Shown in pieces: positions 46,854 through 56,017 of a stretch of 64,000 nucleotides of DNA. Source of the stretch: an uncultured Candidatus Rokubacteria bacterium. GTDB lineage: Bacteria > Methylomirabilota > Methylomirabilia > Rokubacteriales > DASRDR01. The DNA lies in assembly GCA_963708025.1 (NCBI GenBank), contig CAVPSB010000012.1, positions 128,001 to 192,000 of the forward strand. Direction: 5' to 3'. The notes under the pieces were generated by a model. That model made no database searches, was not told the origin of the DNA, and was given only the letters and a program-made list of their open reading frames with translations. The position numbers and the translations under genes are program-made. How positions within the stretch are numbered: position 1 is the stretch's first letter; every line of letters starts with the position of its first letter.

Positions 46854-48029
46854 TCAGGGGGTGACGTGGAGGACGAGGCGCGCCGTCGGCGAGCCGTCGT
46901 CACCGAACCAGCGCTCCCCCTCCCGAACCAGGTCGAGCTCGACCAGGAACGCACCGGGCTCGACGGGCGCCCGGAGCGTGAGCGTCATCGCCGCCCTCCC
47001 TCCAGGGCCGACGTCGTGGGGGAGAGGGCTCCGGGCGAGGTCCCGATCCAGGACCCGTCCGTCCGGGTCGAGCAGGTGGGCACCGAGCAGGACCGCCCCC
47101 GGCCCCGTCCCGGCGTTCCACGCGGTCGTGCCGAAGTTCTCCACGCGGAGGGTGAGCGAGGCGCTGGTCCCCGGCGTCACGTCGAGGAAGCGACGGTCGA
47201 GCACGATCCGGGCCCGGTCGGTGTCGCCGGGACCGGCGGTGCCGTCGGGCCGGATGGCCACGACGAAGAGGGTGCCGCCGAGGTGCGGCAGGCGGTTCAG
47301 CAGCGAGGCGACCCACGCTCCCGCGCCCCGGCCACCGTCGGCCCGGGTCGGTGTCCAGGTGTGCAGCCGGCTCATCTGGAGGCCCACCGCCTCGAGAAGG
47401 CACGCCACCTCGTCCGGCGCATACTCCCGCCGGTGGACCCACTCGTTCATCCGGAAGGTCCGCCCGATCCCGAACAGGTGGGTCTGAGGCGACCACCCGC
47501 CGAGCGCGCGCAAGCGGCCGCGGAGGTCCACGACGTTGGGGGTCGTGAGATACAGCGCGCCCCCTGGCCGCAGGACGCGCCGGCACTCGGAGAGGAACAG
47601 GGCGGGATTCGCCAGGTGCTCCAGGATCTCGGTGGCGAGGACCCGACCGAAGCTGGCATCGGCGTACGGCAGGGGCTCCCGCTCCAGGTCCACGTCCGCG
47701 ACCGGGATGCCGCGCTCGGCCATCCACCGGCAGAAGGCAGGCGGCACGAAGCGACCCACGCCCGCGATCTCCACCCGGTCCAGGCCAGCGAGCGCGAGCG
47801 TCAGGTGCCCGGGGTAGACGCCGGCGTCCAGCAGCGGGCCCCGTGGCCCGGGGCCGGCCTCGAGCCACGCCAGCGTGTGCACGTACCGGCCGATGTTCTC
47901 GAGGCCGTAGCCCTCCTCGCCGGGCGGCCCCCCGGTGACGACCTGCTCCACGATGCGCCGCAGCTCGCGCCGAGCCGGTCCTCCGCTCACCGCGCCGTCC
48001 CCCCCCGACGCGGCCGGTAACACCACCAC
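46854..48029 (-). CDS. Class I SAM-dependent methyltransferase with C-terminal Ig-like domain
   Basis: LLDAG, LPYADASF..V.ATEILEHL, RVLRPGG..Y.TTPN; C-terminal VENFG...W...LELDLVREG; start may be 47990. Confidence 0.82.
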   Translation of the reverse strand: MVVLPAASGGDGAVSGGPARRELRRIVEQVVTGGPPGEEGYGLENIGRYVHTLAWLEAGPGPRGPLLDAGVYPGHLTLALAGLDRVEIAGVGRFVPPAFCRWMAERGIPVADVDLEREPLPYADASFGRVLATEILEHLANPALFLSECRRVLRPGGALYLTTPNVVDLRGRLRALGGWSPQTHLFGIGRTFRMNEWVHRREYAPDEVACLLEAVGLQMSRLHTWTPTRADGGRGAGAWVASLLNRLPHLGGTLFVVAIRPDGTAGPGDTDRARIVLDRRFLDVTPGTSASLTLRVENFGTTAWNAGTGPGAVLLGAHLLDPDGRVLDRDLARSPLPHDVGPGGRAAMTLTLRAPVEPGAFLVELDLVREGERWFGDDGSPTARLVLHVTP

Positions 48030-48337
48030 TCCAGGTTCATCCGTGGGCTCCTCCCGCCCGGGCCTGCCTCGCCAGTCCCGGGCCCAGGCTCCGACTACGC
48101 TAGCAGAACCGCCCCGGCCGTGCTCGGGCTGCGTGACTCCGGGACCAGCGCCTTGCGGAGCGCCGGTGGCTCGCCCGTGTGGTACCGTGAGCGGTCGAGG
48201 GATCGCGTGAGGAGACCTCGTGCGAGGGGTCTGGTTCCAGTCGTCGCGGAAGGCCTGGGGCTTCTCCTCGCGTTCGCCGCCGGCGAGCTGGTGGTCTGCC
48301 CGGCGGCGAGGCCGGTCCCGGGAAGGGAAGCGAGCGC

Positions 48338-49144
48338 GTGAGAGTCCAGCGATCCGTCACCGAAGTCCTCTCCAAGGTTCGCTTCAAGAGTGTCGTGCAG
48401 ACGCTGCGGCTCGTCCGGGACGTGGAGCAGCCGCTCCACGAGCTCGGGCTCTTCCTCGGCATCGGCCGGGCTCCGGATCACCGTCGGATCCGGCTCCGCA
48501 ACGGGTACCAGATCCACATCGACTCCGTCAACGAGTTCCGGCAGTCCTTCTGGGATTGCTGGGTGCGTGAGCCCTACCGCGTGCTCGCGTCGGACGAGCT
48601 GATCATCGATGCCGGCGCCAACATCGGCTGCTTCTCGATCTACGCGGTGAGCAAGTCGCTCCGGGGACACGTCTTCGCGCTCGAGCCGTCGTCACGGAAC
48701 TTTCAACGTCTCGTGGACAACATCCAGCTCAACCGGCTCGATCGTCGGATCACCGCGCTGCCGGTGGGCGTGGCTGGCCGGAGCGGAACGCAGGAGCTGG
48801 ACGTCAGCCACGCCAGCCCTTACCACTCCGTGTACACGGAAGTCGGGCCCTACCGGGAAACGATCCGCGTGCTGTCGCTCTCCGCCCTGCTCGGGGAGAT
48901 CGGCAGTCCCGAGCGGGTCGATCTGTTGAAGATGGACTGCGAAGGGGGCGAGATGGAATGTCTCCTGGAGTCCTCCCCCGGGGACCTCGGCCGCATTCGC
49001 CGGATCGCCGTCGAGTACCACGAGTGGGCCGGCTACAGCTTCCCGTCGCTGGTCGAGCGCCTGCGGGCGAGCGGCTTCACCATGCGGTCGCACGTGCGGT
49101 GCGAGAAGGACCGGACGGGCGTGGTGGAGTTCGTCGGCCGGTGA
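48338..49144 (+). CDS. FkbM family methyltransferase
   Basis: IIDAGANIG.FS, ALEP, LLKMDCEGGE, EYH. Confidence 0.9.
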   Translation: MRVQRSVTEVLSKVRFKSVVQTLRLVRDVEQPLHELGLFLGIGRAPDHRRIRLRNGYQIHIDSVNEFRQSFWDCWVREPYRVLASDELIIDAGANIGCFSIYAVSKSLRGHVFALEPSSRNFQRLVDNIQLNRLDRRITALPVGVAGRSGTQELDVSHASPYHSVYTEVGPYRETIRVLSLSALLGEIGSPERVDLLKMDCEGGEMECLLESSPGDLGRIRRIAVEYHEWAGYSFPSLVERLRASGFTMRSHVRCEKDRTGVVEFVGR

Positions 49145-51545
49145 AGGACGGGTCCGCCCCCCCGGTCTCGAAGCGGTCCGGCTCCGCCTCCCGGCGCGCG
49201 TACGGCGCGCTCCTGCTCGGGCTCGGCCTGATCGTCGTCATCGCCCCGTTCGGCGCGGGCGGGTGGGCCGTCTCCATCCTGGGCCTCGTCGTGATCGTGG
49301 CCGGGGCGACCGAGGTCGTCCGGGGACTGCGCGCGTCGTCGCCCGACTCGACGTGGGTGACCTACCTGACGGGCGTCCTGATGATCCTGGGCGGGCTGCT
49401 GCTGGTCGCGCGACCCGTGATGGTGATCGGCGGGCTGCTGGCGCTCCTGGCGCTCATCCTGTCGGTCAACGGCCTCGCGAAGGTCGTCAGCGCCTTCCGG
49501 GACCGGGCCGGCGCGGCGCGCTGGTGGACGCTCTTCAGCGGCGTCGTCAATCTCCTGCTGGCGCTCCTCGTCTGGCGGCAGGGCGCCACCACCGGGGCGG
49601 TGGTGCTCGGCCTGAGCCTCGGCTTCTACGTCATGTCCACCGGGTGGACGGCGCTCCTGGCGCCCGACGAAGACGTCGAGGATCGTCGAGGGGCCAGGGG
49701 GCCAGCGAGCACCCGGACGAGCGGCTCGGTCTGCCCGCGCATGCGGAGCTCGGCCGGCTGCGGATCGCCGCCGTCGAGGGCGAGGTGGCCGCGCTGCCGG
49801 TCAACCGGTTCTGGATCGTCGTCCTGATCGTGGTGTTCTTCGCCATCCACGCCGGACGCCTGCAGTCGGACTGGACGTGGCTGGGCCTGATCTCGCCGGC
49901 GGTCGCCGTCGCCGGTGACGTGCTCTCGGCGCTGCTGGTGGCGGTGCTGTTGCTGCCGGTCTGGCTGAGCTGGCGCGCGCTCACCCGGCCGATCGAGCGC
50001 CGCGCCTGGGCGCGCCGCCTCTCGGGCCAGGCGGAGGCCCACGGCCTCGAGCTCGGCGAGCGCGCCGTCAACTGGTGACTCGACAGCCGACTCCGTTGGG
50101 GCGTGCGGCTGCGGCTGGCCCGCGGGTCGCTCCGCACGGCCCTCCAGCAGTGGCTCCGGACCGGCCTCCCCATCGTGGCGGTGGTGGTGGCCATCAACCC
50201 CATCTGGGGCTTCAGCTGGTACTTCAACACGGAGAACTGGGCGAGCGGCTTCTGGGAGCGGGTCACCGAGGCCCGGACCGACCACTGGCGCGAGGCCATG
50301 ATCGCGGCGGTGGAGCGCGCGGTGGTGCCGACCGGTGTGCCCCGGGCGGCCCTGTTCGAGGTGCGGCCGGACGGCGTCGGCGACGCCACGGATTTCAGCT
50401 TCGTCGTCATCGGCGATCCGGGCGAGGGCGACTCGTCCCAGGCGTCGCTGCGCGACCGCTACCTGGACCTCGGCCGGCGCCCCGACGTCAGGTTCCTCGT
50501 CGTGGCGTCCGACGTGATCTATCCCGGCGGCGCGATGCGCGACTACGAGTTCAACTTCTACCTGCCGTTCAAGGGCTTCCAGAAGCCGATCTACGCGATT
50601 CCCGGCAACCACGACTGGTTCAGCGCGCTGGACGGCTTCGCCGCCAACCTCATGGAGCCGGTGGCCGCCCGGGCGGCGATGGACGCCCGCGAGCAGTTGA
50701 CCGCGCTGGTCACCCCGCCGGACCGGAAGGGCGTCGCCAGCGCGGTGGCCGAGGCGGCGCGGCTGCGCGCGGAATACGGGGTCCGGACCGCCGAGCAGCG
50801 GGCCCCGTTCTTCGAAGTCCACGGGCGGGAGTTCTCCCTGATCGCCGTCGACACCGGCATCTTGCGCCGGATCGACCCCTCCCAGGCCGCGTGGCTCGAG
50901 GGCGCCCTGTCCCGGGCGCGTGACCGGTTCACGATGGTGATTCTCGGCCACCCGCTCTACGCCGGCGGCGCCTACCAGGGGTTCGACGAGGCGTTCGGCC
51001 GGATCCACGGTCTCCTGCGGCAGTACCGGGTCCCGGTCGTCATGGCCGGGGACACGCACGACTTCGAGTACTACCGGGAGCGGTACGACAGCCCCGGAGG
51101 CCCACGACTGATGCATCACTTCGTCAACGGCGGGGGCGGCGCCTATCTCAGCATCGGGACCGCCCTCGACTGGCCGCCGACACCACCAGTCCCGGACTGG
51201 GCCTTCTACCCGGCCACGGACGCCGTCCGCGCGAAGCTCGAGAGCGAGACCAGCCGGTGGAAGTGGCCGGTGTGGTGGTGGATCAAGCGCTTCAACGCCT
51301 GGCCGGCCTCGGTCGAGGCGCTGTCGGGGGCGTTCGACTTCAACCGCGCCCCGTTCTTCCAGAGCTTCGTGGAAGTCCGCGTGGAGGGCTCCGCACGGCG
51401 GGTGCGCTTGATCCTCCATGGCGTCGGGGGCCCGCTTCGCTGGCGCGACCTGCAGACCGGCGGCGCCGCCCGTTCGAACGGGGCGGGGCCGGACGACGCG
51501 GCCGAGTGGATCCTGCCGATGGAGGCCGCCGCGTCGGGGAAATGA
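49141..51545 (+). pseudogene. HdeD/DUF308 membrane domain fused to metallophosphoesterase; frameshift at ~49690 and in-frame TGA at 50076
   Basis: HdeD-like helices, then GDPGEG, SDVIYP, PGNHDW, GHP, AGDTH calcineurin-like motifs; three fragments join into one frame after two corrections. Confidence 0.65.
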
Positions 51546-51642
51546 CTCCCCGGGGGTGTTCGGGCACCGGCCGACCCAGGCGTGCCGCCCACGATGCGAT
51601 TCGAGCCGGGAGCTGAGCTATACTGCGCACCACTTCCTCCAG

Positions 51643-51686
51643 CCCCCCTCCTCCCGGTGGGTGGGGGAGGGGGCTGGAGGCCCCGA
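51643..51686. repeat. Family-2 G/C-tract hairpin repeat
   Basis: CCCCCTCCTCCCGGTGGGTGGGGGAGGGGG, matches 52618-52650. Confidence 0.6.
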
Positions 51687-51699
51687 ATGGAGGTGAAGC

Positions 51700-52374
51700 A
51701 TGAACTCCGACGGTATCGGCGTGGTGGTGATCGGTCAGTCGCCGCGGCCCGACATCGAGGCGGAGCTGCGCGAGGTGCTGGGGAATCGGGTGCCGATCCG
51801 GCTGGTGGGCGCCCTCGACGGGCTGAGCCGGGCGGAGATCGACCGGCTCCGGCCGAGCGGCTCGCACGACGCGCTCTTCACCAACCTGCCGGACGGCTCC
51901 GGCGTCGTCATCAGCAAGGCCGAGGTGACCAAGCGGTCCCAGGCCCGGCTCGACTGGCTGGCCGAGCAGGGGATCGACGTGACGCTCATGAACTGCACCG
52001 GCGTCTTCGAGGGGCTCGTGCCCCGCGGCCACCTGGTCTTCCCGTCGGCGGTGCTGACCGGCCTGGTGCTGGGACTGCTGCCGCGAGGGCGACTCGGCGT
52101 GTTCATGCCGATCGCCGAGCAGGAGGCCGCGATGAAGGACAAGTGGAGCCAGGGCGAGTGGGAGGTCTCGGCGCTCCCCCTGCGACCCCGGACCGAGGGC
52201 GCGGAGCTCGACGCCGCGGCTCGCGAGATGGCGCGGGGACGCCCCGACCTGGTCGTGCTCGACTGCATGGGCTACGGGCAGGCGATGAAGCGCCGCGTTC
52301 GGGAGGTCACGGGGCTCCGCGCGGTGCTGGCCATCTCGGCCGCCGCCCGGGCCCTGCAGGAGCTGATCGCCTGA
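51700..52374 (+). CDS. aroM: AroM family protein
   Basis: IGQSPRPD, GALDGL, L.DG, CTG.F, VVLDCMGY; GGAGG RBS. Confidence 0.88.
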   Translation: MNSDGIGVVVIGQSPRPDIEAELREVLGNRVPIRLVGALDGLSRAEIDRLRPSGSHDALFTNLPDGSGVVISKAEVTKRSQARLDWLAEQGIDVTLMNCTGVFEGLVPRGHLVFPSAVLTGLVLGLLPRGRLGVFMPIAEQEAAMKDKWSQGEWEVSALPLRPRTEGAELDAAAREMARGRPDLVVLDCMGYGQAMKRRVREVTGLRAVLAISAAARALQELIA

Positions 52375-52404
52375 TGGGCTCGTGAGCGAATCGCGCCGTC
52401 CGGT

Positions 52405-52675
52405 CCGCCCCCCGCCACCGGCCGAAGGCCGTCCGATCGGTAGGGAGGGGGGAGGGCGGGAGGTCCCGAGGTGAGAACGGGTAAAGGAGTGGGCCCCGTC
52501 CGGCCCCCCCTCCCCCGGCCAAAGGCCGAAGGCCGTCAAACAGTGGGGGAGGGGGGGTTGGGGGGGAGGGCGGGAGGTCCCAAGGTGAGAACGGGTAAAG
52601 GAGTGGGCCCCGTCCGGCCCCCCCTCCCCCGGTGGGTGGGGGAGGGGGGGTTGGGGGGGAGGGCGGGAGGTCCCA
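52405..52675. repeat. Family-2 repeat cluster with a ~67-bp direct duplication
   Basis: GGAGGGCGGGAGGTCCC.AGGTGAGAACGGGTAAAGGAGTGGGCCCCGTCCGGCCCCCCCTCCCCCGG at ~52451 and ~52565. Confidence 0.85.
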
Positions 52676-53777
52676 AAAGTCGCGCCCGGTCGCGCTCGAG
52701 GAGATCGAGCAGCTCGCCACCGGGGCCTGGATCCTCGGCACCGGCGGGGGCGGCAGCCCGTATCACGGCCTCCTCAACATGCGGAAGCTCTACCGGGAGG
52801 GGTCCGTCGTGCGCCTCCTCGACCCCGCCACCCTGGCCGACGACGACGACGTGGCCGTGGTGTCGTTCATGGGGGCGCCGCTGGTCGGCCAGGAGCGGTT
52901 CAAGGACCCGCGGGCGATCGCCCGCGCCGTCCGCATGATGGAGGAGTACACCGGCCGTCGGTTTCGCGCCGTCATGGCCGTCGAGATCGGCGGCGGCAAC
53001 GGGCTGGCCCCGTTCATGGCGGCCGCGCTCCTCGACATCCCGGTGGTGGACGCCGACGCGATGGGCCGGGCGTTCCCGGAAGCGCAGATGACGAGCTTCG
53101 CCATCAAGGAGCTGCCGTGCTTTCCGCTCACGCTGGCCGACGTGCGGGACAACGGCGTCATCGTGGCCCGGGCGGCGAGCTGGAAGTGGATGGAGCGCCT
53201 CTCCCGTAAGGTCTGCACCGAGGTCGGCTCCACCGCCGCCACCTGCAAGGCGCCGCGCACAGGCAAGGAGGTGAAGGAGGCCGGGATTCTCTACACGACC
53301 ACCAAGGCGATCCGGCTCGGCGCCACCGTCCAGGCGGCCCGACGCGCCCACCGCGACCCCATCGACGCCATCCTCGAGGCCGAGGGCGGTCGCGCGCTCT
53401 TCCGCGGCAAGGTGCGGGACGTCGCCCGCCGGACGACCGAGGGCTTCCTCCGCGGCACCGCCAGCCTGGAGGGGCTCGACGAGTTCGCCGGCCAGCGCTT
53501 CGATCTCGCCTTCCAGAACGAGTGGGCGGTCGGGTGGCACGACGGCGCTCCCCGGGTGACGACCCCGGACCTGATCTGCGTGATCGACAGCGTGGCGGGA
53601 GAGGCGATCGGGACCGAGACCCTGCGTTACGGCCAGCGGGTGAGCGTCGTCGTCCTGCCGGCGCCCGAGATCCTGCTGACGCCGAAGGGGCTCGACCACG
53701 TCGGCCCGCGAGCGTTCGGCTACGACCTCGACTTCCGGTCCGTGTTCGCCGAGGCGCCGACGGCGAGCCGGTCGTGA
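52632..53777 (+). CDS. DUF917 family protein
   Basis: ILGTGGGGSP, MGAP, EIGGGNG, DADAMGRAFPE, FQNE, PDLI; true start obscured by the upstream repeats. Confidence 0.9.
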   Translation: MGGGGGVGGEGGRSQKSRPVALEEIEQLATGAWILGTGGGGSPYHGLLNMRKLYREGSVVRLLDPATLADDDDVAVVSFMGAPLVGQERFKDPRAIARAVRMMEEYTGRRFRAVMAVEIGGGNGLAPFMAAALLDIPVVDADAMGRAFPEAQMTSFAIKELPCFPLTLADVRDNGVIVARAASWKWMERLSRKVCTEVGSTAATCKAPRTGKEVKEAGILYTTTKAIRLGATVQAARRAHRDPIDAILEAEGGRALFRGKVRDVARRTTEGFLRGTASLEGLDEFAGQRFDLAFQNEWAVGWHDGAPRVTTPDLICVIDSVAGEAIGTETLRYGQRVSVVVLPAPEILLTPKGLDHVGPRAFGYDLDFRSVFAEAPTASRS

Positions 53778-54410
53778 GGCGGATCGGGCGTCGTGGCCCA
53801 GCCGGCCCCCGAGATCCTGCTGGCACCCAGGGGATTCGGCACGTGGGGCGGGCGGTGAGGCGGATCGGGCGTCGTGGCCCAGCCGGCCCCCGAGATCCTG
53901 CTGGCACCCAGGGGATCGGGCACGTGGGCCGGGGCGATGAGGCGGATCGGGCGTCGTGGCCCAGCCGGCCCCCGAGATCCTGCTGGCACCCAGGGGATTC
54001 GGGCACGTGGGGCCGGGGGCGTTCAGCCGTGAGGCGGATCGGGCGTCGTGGCCCAGCCGGCCCCCGAGATCCTGCTGGCACCCAGGGGATTCGGGCACGT
54101 GGGGCCGGGGGCGTTCAGCCGTGAGGCGGATCGGGCGTCGTGGCCCAGCCGGCCCCCGAGATCCTGCTGGCACCCAGGGGATTCGGGCACGTGGGGCCGG
54201 GGGCGTTCAGCCGTGAGGCGGATCGGGCGTCGTGGCCCAGCCGGCCCCCGAGATCCTGCTGGCACCCAGGGGATTCGGGCACGTGGGGCCGGGGGCGTTC
54301 AGCCGTGAGGCGGATCGGGCGTCGTGGCCCAGCCGGCCCCCGAGATCCTGCTGGCACCCAGGGGATTCGAGCACGTCGGGCCGCGGGCGGTCGGCCATGA
54401 GGCGGATCGG
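53774..54410 (+). repeat. Tandem array of 7 units (81, 82, then five of 92 bp) derived from the flanking gene ends
   Basis: Unit starts at 53774, 53855, 53937, 54029, 54121, 54213, 54305; no unique spacers. Confidence 0.95.
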
Positions 54411-55941
54411 CGTCGACGTCGGCGGGACCAACACCGACGCCGTGCTGCTGGACGGGTCGCGGGTCGAGCACGCGGTGAAGACGCCGACCACCGGAGACGT
54501 CACCTCCGGGATCACCGAAGCCCTGCGCCGCCTGCTGGCGGCCGTCCCGGCCGAGGCGCGCCGGGTGGATGCCGTGATGATCGGCACCACCCACTTCACC
54601 AACGCGGTGGCGCAGCGCCGCGACCTCACGCCGGTGGCGGCGGTCCGCATCGGGCTCCCGGCCAGCGCCTCCCTGGAGCCGTTCATCGACTGGCCGGAGG
54701 ACCTGGCCGCGATCGCGCGCGGCCGGGTGTTCATGGTCGAGGGCGGCCACGAGGTGGACGGCCGGCCGATCGTGCCCTTCGACGAGACGGCGATGCGCCG
54801 CGTCGCCCGCGAGATCCGGGCCTCCGGTCTCCGCTCGGTCGGGGTCACCGCGATCTTCTCGCCGATCGACCCGGGCGGCGAGAAGATGGCGGGCGCCATC
54901 CTGGCCGAGGAGTGCCCGGGCGTCGCCGTCACGCTGTCCCACGCGCTGGGACGCATCGGGCTGCTCGAGCGCGAGAACGCCTGCCTGCTCAACGCCGCCC
55001 TGGTCGAGCTGGCCCGCACGACGACCCGGGCCTTCACCGACGCGCTGGCCGCCAGCGGGATCGACGCGCCGCTCTACCTCACCCAGAACGACGGGACGGT
55101 GACGGTGGCCAGCCAGGCCGAGGCGTTCCCGGTCTACAGCTTCGCCTCCGGGCCCACCAACAGCATGCGGGGCGCCGCGTTCCTGTCCGGGCTCGACGAC
55201 GCCGTGGTGATCGACGTGGGGGGGACCACGACCGACGTCGGCTGCCTGAAGCACGGCTTCCCGCGCGAGGCCAACGCCGTCGTCGAGGTCGGGGGCGTGC
55301 GGACGCTGTTCCGGATGCCCGACCTGCTCTCGCTCGCGCTCGGCGGCGGGACGCTGGTCGAGCCGTCGCCGCTCTCGATCGGCCCGCGCAGCGTCGGCTT
55401 CCGGCTGACCGAGCAGGCGCTCGTCTTCGGCGGCGACCGGCTCACCGCCACCGACCTCGCCGTCGCCGCCGGGCTGATCGAGCTGGGTGATCCGGCCCGC
55501 GTCGCCCACCTCGGCCGCGACCTGGTCGAGGCCGCCATCCGCGCGATCCACGGGCGGATCGCCGAGGCCGTCGACCGCATGAAGACGGATGCCCACGACG
55601 TGCCCGTGGTGGCGGTCGGCGGCGGCGCCTTCCTGGTGCCGCCCACCATGCCCGGCGTCTCGCGGGTGGTCCGGGTGGCGCACCACGCGGTCGCCAACGC
55701 GGTGGGCGCCGCCATCGCCCAGGTCAGCGGGGAGCTGGACCAGGTCTTTCAGAACATGAGCCGCGAGGCGGCGATCGCCGAGGCCCGAGGCCTGGCCGAG
55801 GAGCGCGCGGTCCGGGCCGGCGCCGCCCGGGAGAGCCTCAAGGTCGTCGAGGTCGAGGACATCCCGCTGGCCTACCTGCCGGGCAACTCGCTGCGGACCC
55901 GCGTCCGCGTCGTCGGCGACATCGCGGGGGTGTCGGGCTAG
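54397..55941 (+). CDS. Hydantoinase/oxoprolinase A-like protein (DUF917-associated)
   Basis: RIGVDVGGTNTD, IGTTHF.NA, GLLERENA, SGPTNS.RGA, DVGGTTTD, ANAVGAA. Confidence 0.92.
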   Translation: MRRIGVDVGGTNTDAVLLDGSRVEHAVKTPTTGDVTSGITEALRRLLAAVPAEARRVDAVMIGTTHFTNAVAQRRDLTPVAAVRIGLPASASLEPFIDWPEDLAAIARGRVFMVEGGHEVDGRPIVPFDETAMRRVAREIRASGLRSVGVTAIFSPIDPGGEKMAGAILAEECPGVAVTLSHALGRIGLLERENACLLNAALVELARTTTRAFTDALAASGIDAPLYLTQNDGTVTVASQAEAFPVYSFASGPTNSMRGAAFLSGLDDAVVIDVGGTTTDVGCLKHGFPREANAVVEVGGVRTLFRMPDLLSLALGGGTLVEPSPLSIGPRSVGFRLTEQALVFGGDRLTATDLAVAAGLIELGDPARVAHLGRDLVEAAIRAIHGRIAEAVDRMKTDAHDVPVVAVGGGAFLVPPTMPGVSRVVRVAHHAVANAVGAAIAQVSGELDQVFQNMSREAAIAEARGLAEERAVRAGAARESLKVVEVEDIPLAYLPGNSLRTRVRVVGDIAGVSG

Positions 55942-56017
55942 CCTGACCCGTTCACCACGCGCGCGGGTCCGAGCCACGGCACGGTGTCCACGGTCAGGCC
56001 TCGTCGGGCGGGCCGAG

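Noticed and set aside
50076-50078. Selenocysteine or recoded TGA
   Set aside because: Context fits a Trp codon change in a non-catalytic region; TGA is used as a normal stop throughout the window
53645-54400. Diversity-generating retroelement template/variable repeat pair
   Set aside because: Differences are not adenine-specific and no reverse transcriptase is present
53774-54410. CRISPR array
   Set aside because: Units are near-identical over their whole length with no unique spacers and no cas genes
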